Assembly (NCBI GenBank): GCA_036384115.1
Contig: DASVMZ010000022.1
Coordinates: 81,303 to 145,302, forward strand
Direction of reading: 5' to 3'
DNA: 64,000 nucleotides
Origin: Sphingobium sp.
Lineage (GTDB): Bacteria; Pseudomonadota; Alphaproteobacteria; Sphingomonadales; Sphingomonadaceae
Shown: piece after piece, positions 8,883-17,831 of the stretch
How positions within the stretch are numbered: the first letter of the stretch is position 1
Layout: each line of letters starts with the position of its first letter
Translations under genes and position numbers: made by a program
The notes under the pieces: model-generated
What the model was told of the DNA's origin: nothing
The model's database searches: none
Seen by the model: the letters and a program-made list of their open reading frames with translations, nothing else

Positions 8883-9380
8883 TCACTGATTGGAGAAAGT
8901 CGTCTGGCCCTGTGCCGCAATGTTGGTCGCAGCCTGGGTGTTGCTGCTGATGCCGGTGTTCCAACCCTGGTTCAGGATGCCGGAATAGGCAGCGAATGCC
9001 GAACCGCGAACGCTGTTCGAGCCGCTGCTGTAATCCGATTCCTTGCCATTGAAGTTCATCCGGCTGGCATTGCTGATCGACTGGCCCAGCGTCTGGTCAG
9101 CCACGATCTTGACATTGCCATTGTGCTGCGAGCTGTCCGACAGGCTCACGGCGAGCGAAGTCGAGATCGCCTTGGTGTTCGAGATCGTCTTGCTGACCGA
9201 AGTCGACTCGGATGGTGCGAAGACCAGCGTCTTGTTGGTGTTCGACACATTAGTATCGCTGTGGTCACCCGCTGCGCCGTTCACATTTGCTCCGGCGCTG
9301 GTGGAGGCAGCGAAGCTGGGTGCTGCAAAGCCGAGGACGACTACCGCGGCGGCGCTGATGAGAAGCTTTGAATTGCCCAT
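8883..9380 (-). CDS. Secreted Ser/Thr/Asn-rich protein, putative major amyloid-like subunit (FapC-like)
   Basis: RBS GAAAGGA; signal peptide ending SFA; low complexity, no Cys; SAFAAYSGILNQGWNTGISSNTQAATNIAA repeat; first gene of the operon. Confidence 0.72.
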   Translation of the reverse strand: MGNSKLLISAAAVVVLGFAAPSFAASTSAGANVNGAAGDHSDTNVSNTNKTLVFAPSESTSVSKTISNTKAISTSLAVSLSDSSQHNGNVKIVADQTLGQSISNASRMNFNGKESDYSSGSNSVRGSAFAAYSGILNQGWNTGISSNTQAATNIAAQGQTTFSNQ

Positions 9381-9935
9381 TTCAAGGTTCCTTTCCTTCA
9401 TTCCGCATTATCGCGGTAAAAGAAGTCTTAGGCCTGTCGCGAGATAAGTTTTTGCGCTCCCGCACCTTTTCGAGTGAAATATTACGTACGTAGGATTCTT
9501 AAGACAATGTTAATTGTATAATTTAGTCATATATCATCGAATCGACTTGGCGAGTCGATGATATATGAAGATCAGCGGGAAATAGAGACGGCTACTCTTC
9601 AAAGCCACTCTTCCACAGCCGAGGCCGATAATTGTGCGAGATGCTTGAGTCATCGCACGGTGCAGCGGAAAGATCGGGAATTGAGGAGCTCGCGCTGGAT
9701 CAGGGATCACGCCTGGATCAGATGCTCGGGCAGTCTTTCCTGCGGGCATCATTCCTTGGGGAGCTACCCCCTGAGGGGCGGGGAGAAACCAATGTGCGAC
9801 CAGAGGGCTCTCATATCATCTTCAAATGTCGAAGAAACTTCTCTTATTGCCACATGGGCACAGGGATAGCGCGGCGTGACTGTGATTCCATTGACGACTT
9901 TGGCCGTACTTGTGGAGAATCGCCGACACGCTTCT

Positions 9936-10250
9936 TCAGCCGAGGGCCAGGGGTAATGGTAGTTGCTCGCAGACGGGGAGAAGCGCGGGAAGAGCGAAAT
10001 TTCCGCCAAAGTCGGTGCGGACCGGTGCATCCAGATGCCCGGTCGCCATGGCGCATATCACCAAATGGGTGCGATTACGGGCGTGCATCTTGAGTCGCGC
10101 ATTTTCGATATGCCGCTCGACGGTGCGCGGCGCGATGGAAATGCGTATCGCGATTTCCTTGGCCGATAAACCTGTTGCGACAAGTATAAGAACTTCCACT
10201 TCTCGGGGGGTTAGGCAGACATCGAAGGTCTGATCGGCTGTAACGGACAT
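9936..10250 (-). CDS. Stand-alone LuxR/GerE-type HTH regulator
   Basis: LTPREVEVLILVATGLSAKEIAIRISIAPRTVERHIENARLKM; no receiver or autoinducer domain. Confidence 0.88.
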   Translation of the reverse strand: MSVTADQTFDVCLTPREVEVLILVATGLSAKEIAIRISIAPRTVERHIENARLKMHARNRTHLVICAMATGHLDAPVRTDFGGNFALPALLPVCEQLPLPLALG

Positions 10251-10429
10251 GGCACACCTCGCCTAAATTTATTGTTATCAAGTGCGCGGGAGTACGGCCA
10301 TCGCCCCTTATCCAGCAGACTTGTAAGGCTACGATAGACACCAAAGCTGACAGTTAGCTTACAGCCCCTCCGCATAAAATACGTCATATCGAGCAGCAGG
10401 AGACAAAAGGGGAAATTCCATGTCACCCC

Positions 10430-10800
10430 TTACAAACCAGAGGAAGTTTCCTCCTAATCGTCATGAGCAATACCATGTCCCAAAACTGGAATATTTAGAA
10501 ATATACAGAAAAAATGGGATATCTCTCGATTAATTCGGACATATTATAGCAAAATTTACTAAGTTAGTATTTCTTAATGATAAAGATTATCAAATATATT
10601 CGTATTATTAACCATTTTCACGATACGAATTGTTTACAAAATAACATATGGCCCATCGTATAGGTAACGAATAAAAATTTCTTTGTGCGTATTTTCCATC
10701 ACTAAATTCCGCCATAGTATTAATGGCATTTATGTGCCTTATGAATTACTAATGAAACGGAATAGAAAAAAGCAAAGCGTCATAGATTCGCTGACTTACG
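10430..10800. promoter_or_regulatory. Very AT-rich divergent promoter region (luxR / OM barrel gene)
   Basis: Strong local drop in GC; contains TTAACCAT at 10608-10615 (CtrA half-site-like, may be chance). Confidence 0.5.
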
Positions 10801-10810
10801 GAGGGGCAAA

Positions 10811-11587
10811 ATGATAAAAAACATGGTCGTCTTCATGCTTTTGTCTGGAGCAGCATCAGGCACCGCCTATGCGGATAGCTTCGTACAGGAGGCCGGAAAG
10901 GGCCGCATCATCATCACGGGCCTGCACACCGAAAGCGCAAGAGCCTTTGGCGACGATGGCAAGGCCATCGACATTCCGGACTATCATCAGGACCAGCTTT
11001 ACTTTCAGGCCGAATATGGCCTGACAGATGATCTGACCCTTTTGGCGACTCCCAGCTATCAGGGCGTGGATGTCGATGGCACGGACAAGACCTCTGGCCT
11101 GGGGTACACCGACATAGGCGCACGCTATCGCATCGCCCATGGCGATAACTGGACCTTCTCCGTACAGGGGCTGGCGAGGATTCCCGGCAAGAAGCGGGCG
11201 GACCGGGCGGCGCAGATCGGCAGGACCGATGCCGAATATGACATGCGCGCCGGTGCCGGCTATTCCTTCGGGAGCAGCTTCATCTCGCTGGAAGGCGGCT
11301 ATCGTTTGCGGGCCGGCGATCCGCCCAATGAGTTCCACGCGGACTTCACCTTCGGAACGCGACTCACCCCGCGGCTGATGCTGATGGCATCTTCCTACAA
11401 CACATTCTCGGACGGGCGAGGCGTCAACGTCTTCAACCAGTCCTACCGATATAATGATGTCTATCCGAGCCTCGTCTATGACATCACGAAGAACCTCTCC
11501 GTGCAGGCAGGGTATTTCGCGACTGTGTCCGGCCACAATGCGCTGCGTCAGCGTGGCCCTGCCCTGGGACTATGGGTGAAATTCTGA
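10811..11587 (+). CDS. Putative outer-membrane beta-barrel protein
   Basis: RBS GGAGGGG; signal peptide (AYA); amphipathic strands (YFQAEYGLTDDLTL, SLEGGYRLR); terminal GLWVKF BAM signal. Confidence 0.8.
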   Translation: MIKNMVVFMLLSGAASGTAYADSFVQEAGKGRIIITGLHTESARAFGDDGKAIDIPDYHQDQLYFQAEYGLTDDLTLLATPSYQGVDVDGTDKTSGLGYTDIGARYRIAHGDNWTFSVQGLARIPGKKRADRAAQIGRTDAEYDMRAGAGYSFGSSFISLEGGYRLRAGDPPNEFHADFTFGTRLTPRLMLMASSYNTFSDGRGVNVFNQSYRYNDVYPSLVYDITKNLSVQAGYFATVSGHNALRQRGPALGLWVKF

Positions 11588-11868
11588 AACGGGCCGGACT
11601 GTCGGTTCGCGAAACGAGCATCTGATCTGCGGCGCTCCTTTCGATTGAAGGGTGCGCGGGAGGGACGATCGACGCCCGTCCCAGCTTCATGACAACATCA
11701 TGTTCCGGTTGCTCTGGCTGCGTTGCTGGCTGGGCCATGTTGTCAAGGTTCTGGCGGCCGATGGTAGCTGTGTGTCCCGCTATCAAGCAGCGTATATCGA
11801 CGGGCTGGCTAGTAAAGATCGTCCATCGGGCACCATTCATCCCAGAGAAAATCCAACGATCCTGATCC

Positions 11869-11901
11869 AAAAAAATGCCCCCTTACGGTAGAAGGGGGCA
11901 T
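11869..11901 (-). terminator. Intrinsic terminator downstream of FapF-like gene
   Basis: ATGCCCCCTT/AAGGGGGCAT stem followed by a T-run on the minus strand. Confidence 0.75.
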
Positions 11902-11940
11902 GTGATCGAGAGATGATCAAGGGCGACATCCCGCCGTTTT

Positions 11941-13215
11941 TCAAAAATTGAAGGGCATTCGCAGTGTGACCGCGAGGTTCGGCGCATCCTGCGTCACGCC
12001 GAACTGGAAGGCGAAATTCACCGAATTATGCTGGGTGAGCCGGTAGGACATGCCAAAGTCCAGCGTACCCACCTGCAAGCTCGATGATTTCTGGAAGCTG
12101 CCGCTCAACTCTGTTCTGGTCGGCAGGATATAGCTGTGGCTATAGCCGAGCGAAAAGGAGAAGCGCGGGTTCAGCGCAAAGCCGAAACCGATATTGGCAT
12201 TGATCGCACCGCCCGGTTTGACGCGTCCGATCAGCCTGTCGCCGACCAAGCGGTTTATGTTGCGGGAGAATTGGTAGAGGTAGGATACGCCGCCATAGAT
12301 CACCGCAGGATCGCTCGGCAGCAGGAAGGTGATGCCGGGCTGGACACCCCAGAAGCCCGACCCCGTGGCCAGCCCGTGCGCGATGCCATACTCGTCATAG
12401 GTGATCGAGAAGGGGCTGATGCCCGTGTTGCTCTTGACCCGTAACGCCGCGACGAAGATCGGCTTTTCCGAGGTGAGCGGCGCGTTCAACTGCCAGCGGA
12501 TCGCCCCTTCTATATCGCCCAGCGCGGTCTTGCGAAGGTCGAACCCCTCACTGACCGTACCGTCGCGCACCTGGGCCAGGCGAATGCTGTCCCGGCGCAT
12601 CATCACGGGGATCGTCAACTCGCCTTCCAGACGGCTGCTGAAGCCATGCCAGATAGAAAGCTGCCCGATCGTCGTGTTACGATCGGCGGTCGATGCCTGG
12701 ATGGAACCGATCTGGAGGCCCGGCACCAGTTCGATCCCCGCAAAGACGAGCCGGTTGTTGGCGGCGCGAATATAGGTGATCGACGGCTGGATCGTCGTGT
12801 GCCCGACGGGCGTCAATATCCCGAGGCCCTGTGGCACGGCCTGGGTCTTGTCGGCGAGGTCGGGCTTGGGGGCCAGGCTCTCGCCTGCGATCGTGGGCGA
12901 GCCGGAGGGCGCGGCAGACGATGCGCTCGCACCCGGCGACTGTGCGCTCCCCGCTGCCGTCCCGCCACCCACGCCCATGCCCCGCTCATCGGCCAGCTGG
13001 GCGAGGCCCTGCTCCTTAAGGCGCGCGATCTCGTCACGGTCGGCGACGATCTGGCGTTGCTGCGCGTCGATCTGGGACTGTTGCGCCGAGACTCGCGCCG
13101 CAAGGTCCGCAAGCTGGCGTGCGAAATCGGCCGGTCGATCCGCCGCATGGGCAACGCCGGGAAGGAGGGCGATGGCGCACGGCGACAGCCGACGCATGAG
13201 AGTGTGCCTAGCCAT
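11941..13215 (-). CDS. FapF-like outer-membrane transporter (N-terminal coiled coil plus beta-barrel)
   Basis: Signal peptide; coiled coil (LADLAARVSAQQSQIDAQQRQI); flexible linker; barrel with GILTP, LGDIE, LATGSGFW, SDPAVIYG, GFGFALN, GVTQDAP and terminal F. ATG overlaps the upstream stop (TGATG). Confidence 0.82.
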   Translation of the reverse strand: MARHTLMRRLSPCAIALLPGVAHAADRPADFARQLADLAARVSAQQSQIDAQQRQIVADRDEIARLKEQGLAQLADERGMGVGGGTAAGSAQSPGASASSAAPSGSPTIAGESLAPKPDLADKTQAVPQGLGILTPVGHTTIQPSITYIRAANNRLVFAGIELVPGLQIGSIQASTADRNTTIGQLSIWHGFSSRLEGELTIPVMMRRDSIRLAQVRDGTVSEGFDLRKTALGDIEGAIRWQLNAPLTSEKPIFVAALRVKSNTGISPFSITYDEYGIAHGLATGSGFWGVQPGITFLLPSDPAVIYGGVSYLYQFSRNINRLVGDRLIGRVKPGGAINANIGFGFALNPRFSFSLGYSHSYILPTRTELSGSFQKSSSLQVGTLDFGMSYRLTQHNSVNFAFQFGVTQDAPNLAVTLRMPFNF

Positions 13216-13853
13216 CAATGTGTCATCCCCGAGAGTTGCAACGGTTGACGCTTGCCGTTCCACGCGTCCTGCAATTCACCATCGTCATTGGCGATCGCCC
13301 GCAGTTGGTCGATCTGCGGGATCGTCAGTTGGCGACCTCGCGCCAGATGGATGACATTGCGCCGGCGCAGTTCGGCCAGTGTGCGGCTGATGGTATGCAC
13401 GGTCAGGCCGAGATGATCGGCCAGATCGGCAAGCGGCACGGGAAGGCGGAACTGGCATCCCAGCCCCCGGTCCACCAGTGCGATGAGGAAGGCCGCGACC
13501 CGCGCGCGCGCATGCCGTCGCGACCGGACGGCCAGGGCGATATTCGCCTGATTGAGCGCGCCCGACAACAGGCGTACTTCCTCGTTCCGGCCATTCTCGG
13601 TAGGTAACTGTTCAAGCAACAGGGCCGCCGTCACCGCCTCTGCCGTCACCGCATAATGAATATGGTCGAAGCCGATCAGATCTCCGGGGAAAGCAAAGCC
13701 CGCGACCACCCGCTGGCCATCCGGCAGGTAGAGGCAAAGCCGCACCACGCCCTGAACGATCCTGAGCGCATGGTCCGCCTTGTCCCCCTGAAAGAAGATC
13801 ATCGCGTTCTTGCCATATATCCGCTGTCGGCTTTCCGCCGCCCCATTTTCCAT
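13215..13853 (-). CDS. Crp/Fnr family regulator (FixK-like)
   Basis: IFFQGD, LPDGQRVVAGFAFPGDLIG, ARARVAAFL, HTH DLADHLGLTVHTISRTL; no Fnr Cys cluster. Confidence 0.88.
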   Translation of the reverse strand: MENGAAESRQRIYGKNAMIFFQGDKADHALRIVQGVVRLCLYLPDGQRVVAGFAFPGDLIGFDHIHYAVTAEAVTAALLLEQLPTENGRNEEVRLLSGALNQANIALAVRSRRHARARVAAFLIALVDRGLGCQFRLPVPLADLADHLGLTVHTISRTLAELRRRNVIHLARGRQLTIPQIDQLRAIANDDGELQDAWNGKRQPLQLSGMTH

Positions 13854-14132
13854 CGGATTCTCCTCCGCTTATGCGGGGGATAGTGCCCGGAGGCCCCGGC
13901 ACCGGCCATCGGTGGAAATGCTAAGTAGGAATACCCAGCGGCGAAAATGGGGTTTCGTGGGCGATGGCAGGCTGGCCTGTGACCGGTATCGCCATGATGA
14001 TTGGGCAGGGAGATCAGCATCAGGGACAGAGAAAGTCCGGCAGTGGCTGGCGCAGGCCGGTGGCGCCCATCGGGCTACCGCGCGTTCATCACCATTGCTT
14101 GTCGCACAACATATCCGATGGACATGGGACCG

Positions 14133-14801
14133 TCAGTGGGCGACGAGCATATAGCCGATACCGCGTATCGTCCGGATGGATACGCCCGCCTTGTCCTCGA
14201 TCTTGCGGCGCAGGCGATGGATATAGACCTCCACCGCGTTGGACCCCAGTTCATCGCTGGTGCCGAAAAGCTGGTCTTCCAGCATGCGACGCGAGATGAC
14301 ATGATTGCCGCGCCGGATCAGCACTTCGACAATATCCGTCTCCCGCACGGAAAGATGAATTGGGGTGTCGTCTATGCAAACCTGCCGCGTGAGCATATCG
14401 AACGATATGGGTCCGGCGCGGATCACCGGATCGGAATGACCGTCATAACGGCGGACCACGGCCTCCAGACGGGCATGCAGTTCCGCAAAGACGAACGGTT
14501 TCAGGACGAAATCGTCGGCGCCCGCGTGCAGCGCGGCGATACAGGCAGTCGCCCCCTCCCGACCGCTCAGGACGATGATCGGTTCGCGATGCCCCTGTGC
14601 GCGCCAACTGCGGATCAGGCCCAGCCCGTCTATCTCGGGACGGCTCAGGTCGAGAATGATCGCTACGAAACTGGTCGTGTTGAGCAATATATCGGCATCG
14701 CCCGCGCAATTCGCGACCTCTGATGCAATGTCCCGGAACGCCAGAGCTTCAGCAAGCGTGCCAGCGAACTCGCCATCATCTTCGACGATGAGCAGTCGCA
14801 T
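14133..14801 (-). CDS. Orphan OmpR-family response regulator (QseB/TctD-like)
   Basis: LLIVEDD, ILDL, GADDFVLKPF, winged helix NAVEVYIHRLRRKI and IRTIRGIGY; no kinase adjacent. Confidence 0.9.
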   Translation of the reverse strand: MRLLIVEDDGEFAGTLAEALAFRDIASEVANCAGDADILLNTTSFVAIILDLSRPEIDGLGLIRSWRAQGHREPIIVLSGREGATACIAALHAGADDFVLKPFVFAELHARLEAVVRRYDGHSDPVIRAGPISFDMLTRQVCIDDTPIHLSVRETDIVEVLIRRGNHVISRRMLEDQLFGTSDELGSNAVEVYIHRLRRKIEDKAGVSIRTIRGIGYMLVAH

Positions 14802-15331
14802 GCCCTCTCCTTATGACGCGCAGAGTTTCTTACTCGCGCTCCTTATTATATTTATTGTTCTAGTCCCGATGGGACTCGAAAGCTGTCCGTAAAATCCCGC
14901 ATGCGCGCCTCCTCCCCGGCGCACAACGACAGAAAGCATATGGCTGGCCGCTTGTCGACAAGCATGCAGCCGGTCTCCGGCACAAGGCAAAGGGTGGGGA
15001 GGCAAGTCAATGCCGGATCACGACCGTCCCTTGCCTGAGATTACTGGTTAACAGTTTGAAGTTAGAGTGATTTTTTAGCACCACACCTTATCTATCCAAG
15101 ATTCGTGGACGCGGTCCCGGCCATTTCGTCATAGCTTGGCCTGCCGGAGAAGTGGCATCTTAGCTACGGCGTGCCTCGAATGTCCCGCCATCGGGCAGCA
15201 TAACCATTCCGTCCATCCGCTCATGACAGCCGATTTTCCTACCGCTTCACCTGATCGAGTCGCAGGTCGGCATTCCGGGACGCTCACCTGCCTTCCCGCT
15301 ATCGCAAGGAGCCAGCCCGAAGTCCCGAACG

Positions 15332-16399
15332 TCATGCATCATGGTCGTGTCGGTGGTGCAGGTCCGGGTAATGGGGGTGGCGATGGACCATCGGCATGTG
15401 CCGGTGACGATGGCTGTGCGGCTCTCCGGGCGGATCGGCGACGGCGTGACCGTGGACATGGTGGCTGTCATGAACATGGCGATGTTCATGGTCCAGAACG
15501 TCATGGGCATGGTCATGCTCATGACGTTCGGTCAGGTGCAGATAGAGGCCGATTGCCATCAGGCCCGCCGCTAGCAGGAGTTGCAGCGTGACGGCATCCC
15601 GGAACAGCAGGAGCGCCAGGATAGTACCCAAAAAGGGCGCGGTGGAGAAATACGCCCCAGTCCGGGCAGTGCCCAGGTGTCGCAGCCCCAGAACGAACAG
15701 CACCAGACTGACGCCATAGCCGAAGAAACCGATCAACGCGCCGCCCGCCATGACGTCGGCCGAAGGCAGCGTCGCCCCTCTCCACAGGGCAAGCGCAAGA
15801 TTGACGCTGCCCGCGACCAGTCCCTTGATCGCGGCGAGTTGCACAGGATCGGCCGAGGAGAGCTTGCGCGTCAGATTATTGTCGACGCCCCACGCCATGC
15901 AGGCGCCGAGGATAGCAAGCGCGCCGATACCCACGCCGGAGGCAGTTCCCTGCCAGGACAACAGCATTGCGCCGCCAAGGATCGCGAGGGCGCCGACCAG
16001 AAGGCGCCGATCGACATTCTCGCGAAAGACCAGCCAGGCGATCGCCATCGTGGCAAGCCCCTCGACATTGAGGAGCAGCGCCGCAGTCGATGCAGCCGTC
16101 GTGGTCAGGCCGATCATGAGGAGGAGCGGCGCGATGACCCCGCCGCTCAGCACGACCATGGCGAGCCATAGCAGATCGGCGCGGCGGAGCGGGGCCTCGG
16201 TGGACGGCATGGCCAACCGCCCCCTGAGCATATGGACGGCGCCAAGGCCGAGGCCGGAGCCGATATACAAAAGCCCGGCCAGCATCCAGGGGTCCAGCCC
16301 CGTGCCCAGCAGCAGCTTGGCAAGGGGTGTGCTCGCGCCGAACAGGGCGGCGGACGCCAGCGCCATCGGCACTCCGGGCCAGGAGAAGGAGGATCGCAT
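15332..16399 (-). CDS. EamA/DMT transporter with His-rich C-terminal tail (CnrT-like metal exporter)
   Basis: About 10 TM helices, WGVDNNLTR, LRHLGTARTGAYF; tail HEHDHAH...HRHPHYPDLHHRHDH. Start reassigned to ATG 16399. Confidence 0.85.
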   Translation of the reverse strand: MRSSFSWPGVPMALASAALFGASTPLAKLLLGTGLDPWMLAGLLYIGSGLGLGAVHMLRGRLAMPSTEAPLRRADLLWLAMVVLSGGVIAPLLLMIGLTTTAASTAALLLNVEGLATMAIAWLVFRENVDRRLLVGALAILGGAMLLSWQGTASGVGIGALAILGACMAWGVDNNLTRKLSSADPVQLAAIKGLVAGSVNLALALWRGATLPSADVMAGGALIGFFGYGVSLVLFVLGLRHLGTARTGAYFSTAPFLGTILALLLFRDAVTLQLLLAAGLMAIGLYLHLTERHEHDHAHDVLDHEHRHVHDSHHVHGHAVADPPGEPHSHRHRHMPMVHRHPHYPDLHHRHDHDA

Positions 16400-16640
16400 C
16401 GCCGCCTTATCGATGGGCCGGGGCGATTGTGCAATTGCCCCGGGTTCCTGGGGTCGCCCGGCGTTGCGAATATATCCAGAGCAGCGGACCGGGATCGAGG
16501 AGATATACCGAATTGATCGGGCTGAGCCGAATCGCCCCTGCTCTTCGCTATATAATGCCTGCCAGGCATGCGAATTTAATATTCGCTGTTCCGGGCGGGG
16601 CATAGCCTGTCCCACATGGGACAACCCGTGGGGAGATCGG

Positions 16641-17414
16641 GCATATCTCAACGCCAAGGTCGCGGAACTGGGCGCGGACAATGTCGCCGCCTTCTTCTGT
16701 GAGCCGATCCCGGGATCGGGCGGCGTCATCATGCTGCCCAAGGGCTGGCTGAAAGCGATGCGCGATGCCTGCACCGACCTTGGCATATTGTCGTGGCCGG
16801 CGAGGTCATCACCGGCTTCGGCCGCACCGGCCCGATGTTCGCCTGCGCGGCGGAAGGCTTATCGCCAGACCTGATGACGCTTGCCAAGGGGTGACCGCCG
16901 GTTACGCACCGATGGGCGCTGTGCTGCTGTCCGATGCCGTCTATCAGGGTATAGCGGAAGGCGCGTCCCCGATTGCGCCATCGGTCATGGCCTCACCTAC
17001 TCCGGCCATCCGGTCGGTGCGGCAGTCGTTCTGGAAGTGCTGCGCCTCTATCAGGAAGGTGGCATCCTCGCCAATGGGCAGAAAGTAGGTGCGCGCTTTG
17101 CCGCTGGCCTTACGGGCCTGAACGACCATCCGCTGGTCGACGATACGCGCGAGCGAAGCGTATTGGGCGCGATCGAACTGGTGAGCGACAAGGCGGCAAA
17201 AATGCGCTTCGATCCTGCGCTCAAGTTGCCGGACCGCCTGTTCGCGGCAGGCTATGCCAATGGCGTGATCCTCCGTGCCTTTGCGGACAACATCATTGGG
17301 CTTGCGCCCGCGCTATGTTGCTCCGATGATGAAATGGACATGATCTTCGCACCTATCCGCACGACATTGGACCAACGGCTCGACGAGCCGGACATCCGGC
17401 GCGCGGTGGCCTGA
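16641..17414 (+). pseudogene. Class III aminotransferase remnant (5'-truncated, frameshifted)
   Basis: Segments [15 protein letters not shown] / [10 protein letters not shown]...PDLMTLAKG / TAGYAPMGAV / GHGLTYSGHP are separated by frameshifts near 16791, 16891 and 16970; the DEV aspartate reads Gly. Confidence 0.85.
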
Positions 17415-17428
17415 AGGAGAAGACGACC

Positions 17429-17762
17429 ATGACGCTGGGCCTCAAGCTCGATCCCATCGACCTCAAGATACTGGCCCAGCTCCAGCGGGCGGGGCGGATC
17501 ACCAACGTCGAACTTGCCGACGCGGTCGGCCTGTCTCAAGCCGGACAAGGTGCTGACCGTCTTTACCGAGGTGACGCTGACCGAACATCGGACCGGCGAC
17601 TTCTCCCGTTTCGAGACCAAGATCAGGAAGCTGGACGAGATCGTCGAAGGCATGCTGGAAGGCGACTACGGGATCGAGAAATATTTCAGCTATGTCGTCA
17701 TCAAATCGCCCTTCATCAAGCAGCACTATCCGATACAACGGGTGTTCGGGGGGCAGCATTGA
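17429..17762 (+). pseudogene. Lrp/AsnC regulator remnant with internal deletions
   Basis: LDPIDLKILAQLQRAGRITNVELADAVGLS breaks mid-HTH; effector-domain pieces (VFTEVTL, IEKYFSYVVIK) follow in another frame. Confidence 0.8.
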
Positions 17763-17831
17763 TCGCCCCCGCCGGGAACCGGCATTATCACGAGGCTGGG
17801 GACCAGCATTGATTGCAAAGCAGGACCGGGC

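Noticed and set aside
7063-9380. Interpretation as a bacteriocin/RiPP cluster or as curli
   Set aside because: The C39 lacks an ABC transporter, the substrates have Sec signals, and no modification or immunity genes are present. There are no CsgA-type multi-repeat proteins or CsgG. A Fap-like assignment fits better.
9534-9930. Several short overlapping ORFs between the subunit gene and luxR
   Set aside because: No RBS, motif or codon-bias support; treated as a long regulatory region.
15332-16786. 484-aa version of the EamA ORF and 374-aa plus-strand ORF 15750-16874
   Set aside because: The N-terminal extension runs through intergenic DNA and the aminotransferase remnant; the plus-strand ORF is antisense sequence fused to a pseudogene fragment.
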